Below are positions 18,274 through 27,223 of a stretch of 64,000 bases of DNA, piece after piece. The stretch is from Phycisphaerales bacterium. GTDB lineage: Bacteria; Planctomycetota; Phycisphaerae; Phycisphaerales; UBA1924. The stretch's first letter is position 1, and every line of letters starts with the position of its first letter. The notes under the pieces are model-generated. The model saw only the letters and a list, made by a program, of their open reading frames with translations, was not told the DNA's origin and ran no database searches. The position numbers and the translations under genes are program-made. Where the stretch lies: assembly GCA_043776515.1 (NCBI GenBank), contig JAYVRG010000050.1:138-64137 (forward strand), read 5' to 3'.

Positions 18274-20786
18274 ACGGGCTTCTTGACAGATTGATCGGCT
18301 CGCCGTCGCTGCGGCTCGGGCAGCCGGGCGTGGAGTTCGGCTTTGCGCTGAGCGTGCCGCCGTGGGCGTGGGCACTCATCGCGCTGGGGGCCGCGCTCTG
18401 CGGGGTGTACGCGTATCGAAGACAAGAAGGTTCGTTCGCTGCACGCTTCGCGCTGGGCGCTAGCCGCACGCTGCTGCTGATTCTGCTGGCGGTGCTGCTC
18501 GCCGGGCCGCGGCTCATCAAGCCGAACGAGACGGAAGAGAAGGACTGGGTGCTGGTGCTCGCGGATCGCTCCGGCTCGATGGCGATCGCCGATGCACCGC
18601 ACGGCGCGGGACAGCCGCGCAAGACCCGCGAGGAGCAACTGCGCGAGGCGCTGCACGCCGCGGAGCCGACGTTCCGCTCGCTTGCGGCCGAGCGGGTGGT
18701 CGTCTGGCTGGGCTTTGATTCGGCCTGCTACGACCTGCCGCTGAAGCCCGGCGCGGCGGAGCCGGACCTGACGGACCCGATCGGGCATCGCACCGACTTG
18801 AACAAAGCACTCGAACAAGCCCTGCGCCGCGGGGCCGCGCGCCCGATCTCCGGCATCGTGCTGCTGACCGACGGGCGCACCAGCGGGCCGAGCGATGAGC
18901 CCTCGCGCGCGCTTCTGCGCCGGCTGGAATCCGAGAAAATCCCGATCATCACCGTGCCGCTGGGCTCGCTGGTGGGCGTGGCGGATCTCGCGGTGCGCCG
19001 GGCCGCGGGGCCGCGCTATGCGTTCGTGAAAGATTCCGTGCCGGTGGATGTCGAGTTGCAGCGCACCGGCCCGGTGCCGACAGCGAGCGAGCCATCACTG
19101 GTGGAACTGATCGACTCCGCGACCGGCACCGTGCTGGACTCGCGGACGATCACATGGGATGCGCCCTCCGGCCGCGACACCTCCAAGCCCGAGGGCGACC
19201 CGGTTGAGCAGATGCAGCGGGTGACGCTGACAACGCAGCCGAGCTCATCCGGCACCACCAAGTGGACGGTGCGCATTCGTCCCGGCGCGTCCTCCACAAC
19301 TCCCGGCGACATGGTTGAGGAGAACAACACCGCCGACCTCACGATCGACCTCGTTGATCGTCCGCTCCGCGTCGCGTACTTCGACGGCTACCCGCGCTGG
19401 GAGTATCGCTATCTCAAGAACCTGCTGGTGCGTGAGCAATCCATCTCCGCGGCGGTCATGCTGCTGGCCTCCGGCAAGCGGTACATCCAGGAGGGCACCG
19501 TCATCCTCGATGCCCTGCCGCACACCGCCGAGGAGTGGAACAAGTTTGATGTGGTCATCCTCGGCGACCTCTGGCCGGGCGTGTTCACGCTGGAGCAACT
19601 CACGCAGCTCAAGGAAAGGGTTGCCGTCGGTGGCGCGGGCCTGATCTGGATCGGCGGCGAGGGCGCGACCCCGGCCGCGTGGCGGACGACGCCGATGAAC
19701 GAGCTGCTTCCGTTTGTGATCTCCGAATCCGCCGCGACCGCGAACCCGTCCGGGCTGGATTCCTTCGACGGCCCGGTGGTGCTCTCCCCCACTCCCGCGG
19801 CCGAACGCCTGGGCATCCTGCGGCTGGCTGAATCGCAATCCAACAACACCTGGTTCCCTCCCGCACTATCCGACCCCGGAACTGGGTGGTCACAACTCTA
19901 CTGGGTGCAGCGGATCGAGCCAGCCATTCTGAAGCCAACTGCGGAAATCCTGGCAATTGCATCGCCTGTTCAGGGGAGTGGCGTGGACGCTCTCGGGGCG
20001 CGGCCTGCGCTGCTCACCATGCGGTATGGGGCGGGGCGCATCATCTATGTGGCGACCGATGAGATCTGGCGCTGGCGGTATGGGCGGGGCGAGCTGTTCC
20101 CGGAGCGGTTCTGGATTCAGCTCGTGCGGCTGCTGGGGCGCGAGTCGGTGGCCCGATCCGGGCGGCCCGCGATCCTGGAAGCCACGCCGGATCGGGCAGT
20201 GGTGGATCAGCCGGTGCGGATTCAGATCACGCTGCTGGATCAGTCATTGGCTGATACGGCTCTGACCTCGCTTCGGGTGAAGGTGAAGCGTGAGGGGGCG
20301 GTGGAACTGAAGCCCGCGGCCACAACGGCACCGGCGAGCGAACCCGTGGAACTCACTTTGACGCCGGAAAACGTGGATTCCGGGGGGATTGGGACGCGAA
20401 AGCCGGGGGCGCGGGTGTTCGCGACGACGTGGATACCGACCGAATCCGGGCGGTATCGGGCGACCACGGATGATCCGACGCTGATCTCGGCGGGCGGCGC
20501 GGCGGAGGACCTGACGGCGCGGATTGATGTGTGGCAGCCGGATGATGAGATGCGCCGGCCGCAGACGGATCACCCGCTTTTGGCGAAACTCGCGGAATCC
20601 AGCGGCGGGCGGGTGTTGGAACCGGACAGACTGGCGGAACTGCCACGACTGCTGCCGAATCGCAAGCTGAAACTGGCGGGAGAGCCCGAGGTACACACGC
20701 TGTGGGATACGCCGCTGGCGCTGCTGCTGGCGGTGCTGCTGCTGACGTGTGAGTGGGTGGGGCGGCGGCTGCTGCGGATGGCGTGA
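18270..20786 (+). CDS. Membrane protein with a vWA-like and a glutamine-amidotransferase-like (DUF1355-type) region
   Basis: The GTG start overlaps the upstream stop (GTGA at 18270-18273) after AAGGAGG. Motifs are LVLADRSGSM, YFDGYPRWEYRYLKNLL and FDVVILGD, with a C-terminal TM segment. Confidence 0.7.
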   Translation: MNGLLDRLIGSPSLRLGQPGVEFGFALSVPPWAWALIALGAALCGVYAYRRQEGSFAARFALGASRTLLLILLAVLLAGPRLIKPNETEEKDWVLVLADRSGSMAIADAPHGAGQPRKTREEQLREALHAAEPTFRSLAAERVVVWLGFDSACYDLPLKPGAAEPDLTDPIGHRTDLNKALEQALRRGAARPISGIVLLTDGRTSGPSDEPSRALLRRLESEKIPIITVPLGSLVGVADLAVRRAAGPRYAFVKDSVPVDVELQRTGPVPTASEPSLVELIDSATGTVLDSRTITWDAPSGRDTSKPEGDPVEQMQRVTLTTQPSSSGTTKWTVRIRPGASSTTPGDMVEENNTADLTIDLVDRPLRVAYFDGYPRWEYRYLKNLLVREQSISAAVMLLASGKRYIQEGTVILDALPHTAEEWNKFDVVILGDLWPGVFTLEQLTQLKERVAVGGAGLIWIGGEGATPAAWRTTPMNELLPFVISESAATANPSGLDSFDGPVVLSPTPAAERLGILRLAESQSNNTWFPPALSDPGTGWSQLYWVQRIEPAILKPTAEILAIASPVQGSGVDALGARPALLTMRYGAGRIIYVATDEIWRWRYGRGELFPERFWIQLVRLLGRESVARSGRPAILEATPDRAVVDQPVRIQITLLDQSLADTALTSLRVKVKREGAVELKPAATTAPASEPVELTLTPENVDSGGIGTRKPGARVFATTWIPTESGRYRATTDDPTLISAGGAAEDLTARIDVWQPDDEMRRPQTDHPLLAKLAESSGGRVLEPDRLAELPRLLPNRKLKLAGEPEVHTLWDTPLALLLAVLLLTCEWVGRRLLRMA

Positions 20787-20788
20787 AA

Positions 20789-20943
20789 GTGGCATGGGCT
20801 TACTAGCCCATGTCGCGGGCGCGGCGGCCGCGATCGGGGTGAAAGTCGGTAGTCTGGGGTAATCTGCTTCGGGCGAAGCGCCCGAACATGGGGCTGGTAA
20901 GCCCATGCCACGAAAACACATGGGCCGGTAAGCCCATGCCACG
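20789..20943. mobile_element. Family-2 MITE-like composite element (155 nt)
   Basis: The left end is GTGGCATGGGCttactaGCCCATG. The right end is CATGGGGCtggtaaGCCCATGCCACG followed by CATGGGCCggtaaGCCCATGCCACG. The core contains ttcgggcgaagcgcccgaa, as at 54012-54030 in the opposite orientation. Confidence 0.85.
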
Positions 20944-21030
20944 AGTATTCTGGACGATACTGTGGAGAGGCCGCCCCGGGCGTCCATCTTGGTACGTACA
21001 ACCGTGCAGTGCTGAACCCGGGAACGCCGC

Positions 21031-24000
21031 GTGACCAATCCGACTGAACCAACCCCGTCCACCGCCGCACCGTCCGCCACTGCCCCACTGCCGGTGGGCG
21101 GGCATGGACATAGCGATGCGCCGGCTGTTCATGCGGACATGGATGCCTCGGCGGGGCGGATCGCGGAGTGGCTGCGGCTGATCCGGAAGACGGCGCGGTC
21201 GCTGCTGGTGGCGCAGCGGACGGGGTGGATCATCGCGGGGGCGATCGTGGCGGTGATTGTCGGCGGGTTCGCGGATTACTTCCTGCGGGCTCCGATGCAG
21301 TTGCGCCTGCTCGGACTATTAGGGGCGAGTGGCGTGCTGGGGTGGTGCGTGGTGAAGCTGCTGCTCCCGGCGATGCGGTTCAAGCCGTCGCTGACGGAGA
21401 TCGCGCTGCGCGTGGAGCGCAGCGGTGTGGCTGGGGAGAAAGGCGTGCGCGGGTTGCTGGCGTCGGCTTTAGAACTCGGGCGGGCGCACGACTCGCCGCG
21501 GACACACGCGCTGGCAGTGCCGGTGGTGGCGGAGGCGGCGGACAAGCTGACGAAGATCAAGGCACGCCAAGTGTTCTCGGCGCGCCCGACGATGCGGGCG
21601 GTGGGCGCGGGCGTGGCGGCCTTTCTACTGCTGTTCGGATTGACGGTGACTTGGCCGCAGCACTCGAGAATCGGGCTGGCGCGGATGCTGCTGCCGTGGA
21701 GCAGCGCGCAGTGGCCCAAGCACACCCAGATCGCGGACGCGACGAATGTGGGGCACCACCCGATCGGGGCCGCGCTGGAGTTTCGGGCGGCGCTCGTGAA
21801 GTCGGATCGGGACGCAGAGAAGACCAACATCGCGGCGCACTACCGCGTGATCACGGGCGGGAGCGCGGGGCCGACGCGGAAGGCGCTGCTGAGCGCACAA
21901 CCGCGCTCGGTCGGAGTGTTGGGGGCGGATGGAGCGACCATCAACGGGACGCTATTTGAGCGGCTGATCGAGCCGACGGGATTGACCGCCGGCAACGCGG
22001 CGACGCGCACCGAAGTCGCGGCCGCGAAGATGGAACTGGAATACTGGTACACATCCGACGATGATGAGACCACGCCGAAGCGGATTCTGCTGATTGATCC
22101 GCCCGCGGTGCTGCGTGCCAGCGCGAGCATCTCGCTGCCGGAATACGCCGCGGCGATGCTGGGGGCGGCGAGCAGTGGCGGGACGCAGAAGATTGATCTG
22201 GGGCCGGGGACGGATGACCGGGCCGCGCCCGCGCCGATTCTGGCGGGCTCGAAGGTGAGCATCACGCTGGAGTTCAACAAGCCGCTGACGCTGCCCGCGA
22301 CGATGGACCCACAATCGCCGGAGGCGTCGCGGTGGATTCAGTCCACGCTGGGGCCGGAGGCGATGCTGCTGTTCACGAAACCGGCGACGGGGCCAGCGCC
22401 GGATGCGAAGATGAGCGGCGAGGGGCGAACGTGGACGCTCTCGTGGCAGCACTGGGAATCGATGCGGCTGATTGTGAAGCCGACGGATGAGTATCAGATC
22501 ACGGCCGCGGAAGACGCGGCGTATCGGTTCGATGCGCTCAAGGATAATCCGCCGACATGCTCGGTGGTGACGCCAGCGGAGGATAAGTCCGTGCTGCCGA
22601 CGGCGATTGTGGAGATCACCGGCGAGGCGCGGGACGATGTCGCGCTGGAGTGGGTCGCGCTGGAGCGGCAACTGGCGCGGAAGACGGCGGGTTCCGAGGC
22701 GGGAACGCCGGAGGGCGCGGCGGAGCGGGTGGAGTTTGCGCGGGCACGCGCGGCGGAGCAGCCGTTGGAAACGGGCGCGGATGGAGCGACAACACCAGCC
22801 GCACAGGGCGTGGCAGTGAGCGTGAAGCGGCTGGTCTCGGCGCACGCGCTGGACCTCTCGACGATTCCGGAACTCAAAGCGGGCGACGAACTCTGGATCA
22901 CCGCGCTGGCGACGGACGCGTTCAACCTGGAAGGCCAGCGGCACGAGCCGGTGCGCTCGACGGTGCGGAAGCTGCGGATCTTGTCGCGCGATCAACTGGT
23001 GGAGCAGATCTGGAACGAGCTCTCGACGATGCGCCGGACGGCGATCAAGGTGGATCAGGACCAGCAGGATGTGGCGAAGGTGTTGCCGCCGCCGGGGCCG
23101 ATGGGCGAGGAACTCTCGGCCCGTGCCGAGCGGGCACAGGCGGGACTGACGGAGCGATTGTCGCGCCAGAACCAGCAGATCGCGCGGTTGCAACAGCGCG
23201 TGAAAGAGAACGGACTGACGGATCAGAACGTGCAGGATGTGCTGAAGCAGGCGAGCGAATCGCTGACGCAAGCGGGTCAGCACTCGACATCCGCCTCGCA
23301 GAACCTGGGCGACGCGGCCAAGCAGCAGTCGCAGGAGGGCGCGAAGGAGCAGGCGGGCGAGCCGCAACTGGAGAAGGCGAAGGACGAGCAGAAGCAGGTG
23401 CGTGATGAACTGGCGCGGCTGATCGACATGCTGGATCAGGGCGAGGACTCATTCGCCAGCAAACGCTCGCTGGAACGGCTGTTGGAGCAGCAGCAGCAAC
23501 TCCGCGAGCGCACCGGGAACGCGGGGCGCGAGACGGCGGGCAAGAGCGGCGAGCAGCTCACGCCCGAGCAGCAGCAGGAGCTGGACAAGATCGCGCAGGA
23601 GCAGAAGGCGCTGGCGGACCAGCTCCGCGACCAGGTGCGCAAGATGCAGGAGCGCGAGAGCAAGGTGCGGGAGAAGGACGCCGCGGCGGCCGAGGCGATG
23701 GCGCAGGCGTCGGCCCAATCCAACCGCGACCAGACACCCGAACGCATGGAGGAGGCGGGCAAACAGGCGAAGAAGAACCAGACCTCCAGCGCGCAGCAGC
23801 AGCAATCCGAGGCGATCGCGTCCATGCAGCAGATGTTGCAGAAGATGGAGCAGGCGCAGAAGAACAAAGATGAGGTGCTCAAGCGTGCGCTCGCGTCGCT
23901 GATTGATTCCATCAAGGGGCTGGTCAAGGTGCAGGAGATCAGCGTGGATGCGCTGCAGAAGGCGACGCCCAAGGGCGCACCCGAGATCGCCACACTGGAG

Positions 24001-24981
24001 CGCCCGATGGTGCTGCACCACCAGAACACGCTCGGGGTGCTGGAGCAGGCGACGACTTCCGGAGCGCGGGAGATCGCGCCGGTGGCGGACAAGATCGAAC
24101 TGGCGGCGCAGGAGATGGCGCAAACGATCCCGGACCTGCGCGAGGCACGGCCCGACCCTGCACTCGGCCATGAGAACGCCGCGCTGGAAGCACTGAATGC
24201 GGCGCTCGCACTGGCGGAGAAACTGAACAATCAGGCGCAGGAGAAGGCAAGCGCTCAAAGACGGGCGGAGCTTCGGACCAAGTACGAGGAAGCTCTCAAG
24301 ACCCAGATCCAGATTCGCGACTCGGCGCAGGGCTTGGTGGGCGCGGAGGACAACCGGCGCACCCGGGCCACCGCGCGCGGGCTGGGCGAGGAGCAGAACA
24401 CACTGAAGAATGTCGTGGACGCGATCCGCGATGAGACGCAAGATTTGCAGAACGTCAAGACGTTTCTGTACGCGCACGGACGCATCGACGAGCTGATGCA
24501 CGCGGCGGGCGAGTCACTGGTGGGCGGCACGGCGAGCGCGAGGGTGGTGCGGAATCAGACGGCCGCGGCCCGGGTGCTCAAGTCGCTCGCGGATGCGCTG
24601 GATGATCGCAAGCCGCCGGATGACCCATTCCGCAAACAGGAAGGTGGCGGCGGCGGACAGGGTGGTGGCGGAGAGCCGCCTGCCGTACCGCCCGCGGCGG
24701 AGATCGTGCTGTTGCGGCTGATGCAGATCGAGGCGCTGGACCTGGCGCGGGCCGCGGCGGACGCGAACAAGCCGGACGCGGAAGCGGGCGCGGAGGGCGC
24801 GAAACTGCAGCGCGAGATCGCCACGCAGGGCATGGAACTGCTCAAGAAGATTGAGGAAAAGACCAACCCTCGGACGCCTGGCGTGAAAGCGTCGCCGAAG
24901 AAAAAAGATGCGAAGCCGGATGAGCCGGCGGGGAAGGGTGAGAAGCCGGAGAAGCCCGAGGGGGAAGGGAAGCCGCAATGA
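21031..24981 (+). CDS. Large membrane-anchored coiled-coil protein (DUF4175-like), 1316 aa
   Basis: Two N-terminal TM segments are present (WIIAGAIVAVIVGGFADYF and LLGLLGASGVLGWCVVKLLL), with a long Q/E/K-rich coiled-coil C-terminal half. The start is GTG at 21031; an alternative ATG is at 21139. Confidence 0.65.
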   Translation: MTNPTEPTPSTAAPSATAPLPVGGHGHSDAPAVHADMDASAGRIAEWLRLIRKTARSLLVAQRTGWIIAGAIVAVIVGGFADYFLRAPMQLRLLGLLGASGVLGWCVVKLLLPAMRFKPSLTEIALRVERSGVAGEKGVRGLLASALELGRAHDSPRTHALAVPVVAEAADKLTKIKARQVFSARPTMRAVGAGVAAFLLLFGLTVTWPQHSRIGLARMLLPWSSAQWPKHTQIADATNVGHHPIGAALEFRAALVKSDRDAEKTNIAAHYRVITGGSAGPTRKALLSAQPRSVGVLGADGATINGTLFERLIEPTGLTAGNAATRTEVAAAKMELEYWYTSDDDETTPKRILLIDPPAVLRASASISLPEYAAAMLGAASSGGTQKIDLGPGTDDRAAPAPILAGSKVSITLEFNKPLTLPATMDPQSPEASRWIQSTLGPEAMLLFTKPATGPAPDAKMSGEGRTWTLSWQHWESMRLIVKPTDEYQITAAEDAAYRFDALKDNPPTCSVVTPAEDKSVLPTAIVEITGEARDDVALEWVALERQLARKTAGSEAGTPEGAAERVEFARARAAEQPLETGADGATTPAAQGVAVSVKRLVSAHALDLSTIPELKAGDELWITALATDAFNLEGQRHEPVRSTVRKLRILSRDQLVEQIWNELSTMRRTAIKVDQDQQDVAKVLPPPGPMGEELSARAERAQAGLTERLSRQNQQIARLQQRVKENGLTDQNVQDVLKQASESLTQAGQHSTSASQNLGDAAKQQSQEGAKEQAGEPQLEKAKDEQKQVRDELARLIDMLDQGEDSFASKRSLERLLEQQQQLRERTGNAGRETAGKSGEQLTPEQQQELDKIAQEQKALADQLRDQVRKMQERESKVREKDAAAAEAMAQASAQSNRDQTPERMEEAGKQAKKNQTSSAQQQQSEAIASMQQMLQKMEQAQKNKDEVLKRALASLIDSIKGLVKVQEISVDALQKATPKGAPEIATLERPMVLHHQNTLGVLEQATTSGAREIAPVADKIELAAQEMAQTIPDLREARPDPALGHENAALEALNAALALAEKLNNQAQEKASAQRRAELRTKYEEALKTQIQIRDSAQGLVGAEDNRRTRATARGLGEEQNTLKNVVDAIRDETQDLQNVKTFLYAHGRIDELMHAAGESLVGGTASARVVRNQTAAARVLKSLADALDDRKPPDDPFRKQEGGGGGQGGGGEPPAVPPAAEIVLLRLMQIEALDLARAAADANKPDAEAGAEGAKLQREIATQGMELLKKIEEKTNPRTPGVKASPKKKDAKPDEPAGKGEKPEKPEGEGKPQ

Positions 24982-25748
24982 ATATGCAACAGATTGCATT
25001 CTTCGCTGGAGTGGTCGCGGCATCGGCCGCGCTTGCTCAACAGCCGGAGGCGAAGCCCGCTGAGAAACCGGCGGAGAAGCCAGCGGCTGCGCCGAAGCCC
25101 GCGCCGCCACCGGCGCAGCCGTCACTTGATGATCTGCTGGGCATCAAGCCCAAGCCGGGCGACAAACCAGCAGCGACGATCACACCCACCAAGCCCGAAG
25201 ATTCATCCAGCACTCCCGACGGCGCGCCGGATCAATCGCGCGCCGATCTGGATCGCCTGCTCTCGGCGCAGGAAATCGGCGATGCCTTCAAGCAGGCGAT
25301 CGCGCTGATGGGCGATGCCTCCAAGCGGATGAACGAGCACGCGGACAATGGTTTGGGAACGCAGCGCGTGCAGGAGGATGTCGTCAAGCGGCTGGATCAA
25401 CTGCTCGCGAGTTTGGACAAACAGAAACAGCAGGGCGGTGATCCCAAGCCCGGGCCGAAGAATCAGGACTCGCAGCAGGAGCCGGGACCGTCCAAGCCCA
25501 AGCCCGGGCAGGGCCAAGGGCAACCCAAACCGCAGCCGGGCGGGGATGGGATGCAGCAACACGAGGGGCCGACGTTGCAGGAGGGGACGCTGAAGCCGGA
25601 ACTGGAATCCGCACGCGCGGCGTGGGGCTCGTTGCCCGCACGCATCCGCGCCATGCTGATGCAGGGAACCGAAGATCGCTTCAGCTCTCGCTACAAAGCG
25701 TTGACGCAGGAGTATTACAAGCGGCTCGCGGAGGAGAACAGCAAGTGA
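24978..25748 (+). CDS. Secreted Pro/Lys/Gln-rich low-complexity protein
   Basis: The ATG overlaps the upstream stop (ATGA at 24978-24981). Signal peptide MNMQQIAFFAGVVAASAALAQ is present, and the conserved-looking tail is SSRYKALTQEYYKRLAEE. Confidence 0.6.
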   Translation: MNMQQIAFFAGVVAASAALAQQPEAKPAEKPAEKPAAAPKPAPPPAQPSLDDLLGIKPKPGDKPAATITPTKPEDSSSTPDGAPDQSRADLDRLLSAQEIGDAFKQAIALMGDASKRMNEHADNGLGTQRVQEDVVKRLDQLLASLDKQKQQGGDPKPGPKNQDSQQEPGPSKPKPGQGQGQPKPQPGGDGMQQHEGPTLQEGTLKPELESARAAWGSLPARIRAMLMQGTEDRFSSRYKALTQEYYKRLAEENSK

Positions 25749-25750
25749 GC

Positions 25751-27181
25751 ATGCACGAAGATCAAACGCCTGATATTGATATTCGTGCCACGGGTTCTCA
25801 TGCCACGGGTTCGCCGCCGCTTTGGGCGGCAACCCGTGACAAGACCGATGGAGTCATTGGATATCGTGCGCTCACTTCGCGCAGCACGGGTTGCCCGCTC
25901 AAAGCAGCGGGCGAACCCGTGGCACGGGCGGCAACCCGTGCGGGGAACGATGGGGTCAAAGGTCGTCGTGCAGTCGCCGCGCGGAGCACGGGTTGCCCGG
26001 CGAAGCGCCGGGCGAACCCGTGGCACGGTCGAATCGTTGGCACGATTGCGATCTTGCTTGCCACGGTGGCTCACGCGCAGTTGCTGGACCCGACGGTGAA
26101 GCCGGAAGTCTCAACACTGCCGCCACTCGAATTGCCCAAGCCCGACGAGAAACCCGCGGCGACGAAACCCACTGCTCCGGGCGCGGCCGATCCGGTGCGC
26201 TCCGCGCAGAACAACGCCGCTGCCAACGAGATCACGCCGGAACTCGACGAGATTGTTTCCAATGGGCTTAAGTATCTCGTCTCGGATCAAGGGCCGGACG
26301 GCTCCTTCGGCCAGGGGCGCTACGGCAAGAACATCGCCGTGACCGCGCTCGCCTGCATTGCGCTGATGGCCGACGGAAACACGCCGGGGCGCGGGCGCTA
26401 CGGCAAGAACGTGCAGAAGGGTTTGGAGTTCGTGCTGGCGTCATCGACGGAGACCGGCCTGCTCGCGGCGGATTCCACCAACGGCCCAATGTACGGGCAC
26501 GGGTTCGCCGCGCTTTTTCTGGGCGAGGTGTACGGCATGACCAAGGGCGGCGGAGAGACGCCGCAATCCGCGAAGGTCCATGAGGCGCTCATCAAGGCGT
26601 GTACGTTGATCCAGCGCTCGCAGAACTCCGAGGGCGGCTGGCGCTACAACCCGGTGCCGTACGACGCGGACATCTCGGTGACCATCTGCCAGATCATGGC
26701 GCTGCGCTCGGCCCGCAACGCGGGGATCGAGGTGCCCAAGGAGACGATCGACAAGGCGATCGAGTACGTCAAGCAGTGCCAGAACTCCGATGGGGGATTC
26801 CGGTATCAGGCGTCGGCGGGCGTGTCGGCGTGGCCGCGCAGCGCGGCGGGCGTGGCGGCCCTCTACTACGCGGGCATCTATAAGGACGACGCGATTGACC
26901 GGGGTGTGAAGTATGTCAACGAGAGCGCGTTCCCGGGCAAGAATCAGGGCAACACCAGCGCGCATTATTTTTACGGCCAGTATTACTCGGTGCAGACGAT
27001 GTATCTCGCGGGCGGCGAGCCGTGGGCCAAGTGGTGGCCCGCGGTGCGCTCGGAACTGAAGAACAAGCAGCAGCCCGACGGCTCATGGGCGGACCCATCG
27101 GTGGGTCCGGCGTATGGCACGGCGATGGCGCTGATCGTTTTGCAAATGCCCAAGCGATTCTTGCCGATTTTCCAGAAGTGA
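25751..27181 (+). CDS. Prenyltransferase/squalene-cyclase-repeat (alpha/alpha toroid) protein with a repeat-derived N-terminal extension
   Basis: Repeats are PDGSFGQGRYGKN, NSEGGWRYNPVPYD, NSDGGFRYQASAG and QPDGSWADPSVG. The only in-frame ATG or GTG (25751, 25745) lies upstream of the REP cluster 25785-26026. The hydrophobic segment IVGTIAILLATVAHAQ follows at 26033. Confidence 0.7.
   Translation: MHEDQTPDIDIRATGSHATGSPPLWAATRDKTDGVIGYRALTSRSTGCPLKAAGEPVARAATRAGNDGVKGRRAVAARSTGCPAKRRANPWHGRIVGTIAILLATVAHAQLLDPTVKPEVSTLPPLELPKPDEKPAATKPTAPGAADPVRSAQNNAAANEITPELDEIVSNGLKYLVSDQGPDGSFGQGRYGKNIAVTALACIALMADGNTPGRGRYGKNVQKGLEFVLASSTETGLLAADSTNGPMYGHGFAALFLGEVYGMTKGGGETPQSAKVHEALIKACTLIQRSQNSEGGWRYNPVPYDADISVTICQIMALRSARNAGIEVPKETIDKAIEYVKQCQNSDGGFRYQASAGVSAWPRSAAGVAALYYAGIYKDDAIDRGVKYVNESAFPGKNQGNTSAHYFYGQYYSVQTMYLAGGEPWAKWWPAVRSELKNKQQPDGSWADPSVGPAYGTAMALIVLQMPKRFLPIFQK
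25785..26026. mobile_element. Cluster of family-1 REP/REPIN units (one partial hairpin, one full REPIN, one half REPIN)
   Basis: gtgccacgggttc (partial) comes first. The full unit spans 25800-25926, with spacer ggatatcgtgcgctcacttcgcgca. Then ggcggcaacccgtg...cacgggttgcccggcgaagcgccgggcgaacccgtggcac follows. Confidence 0.85.
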
Positions 27182-27223
27182 TGGTTGCTCTTTGAGTGCG
27201 TTTTTTAGGATACTGAACACACA

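Noticed and set aside
25622-25744. The upstream part of ORF 25622..27181, which overlaps the end of the preceding gene.
   Set aside because: It overlaps the well-defined 3' end of the 24978..25748 gene in another frame. The stop/start overlap pattern at 25745-25751 gives a more natural start.
25785-26026. A possible CRISPR array, given many similar short repeats in clusters (also 53878-54145 and 36441-36690).
   Set aside because: The repeats are themselves palindromic hairpins and occur in inverted orientation. Their spacing is irregular and often only a few nt, and they are scattered singly across the window. No cas genes are present.
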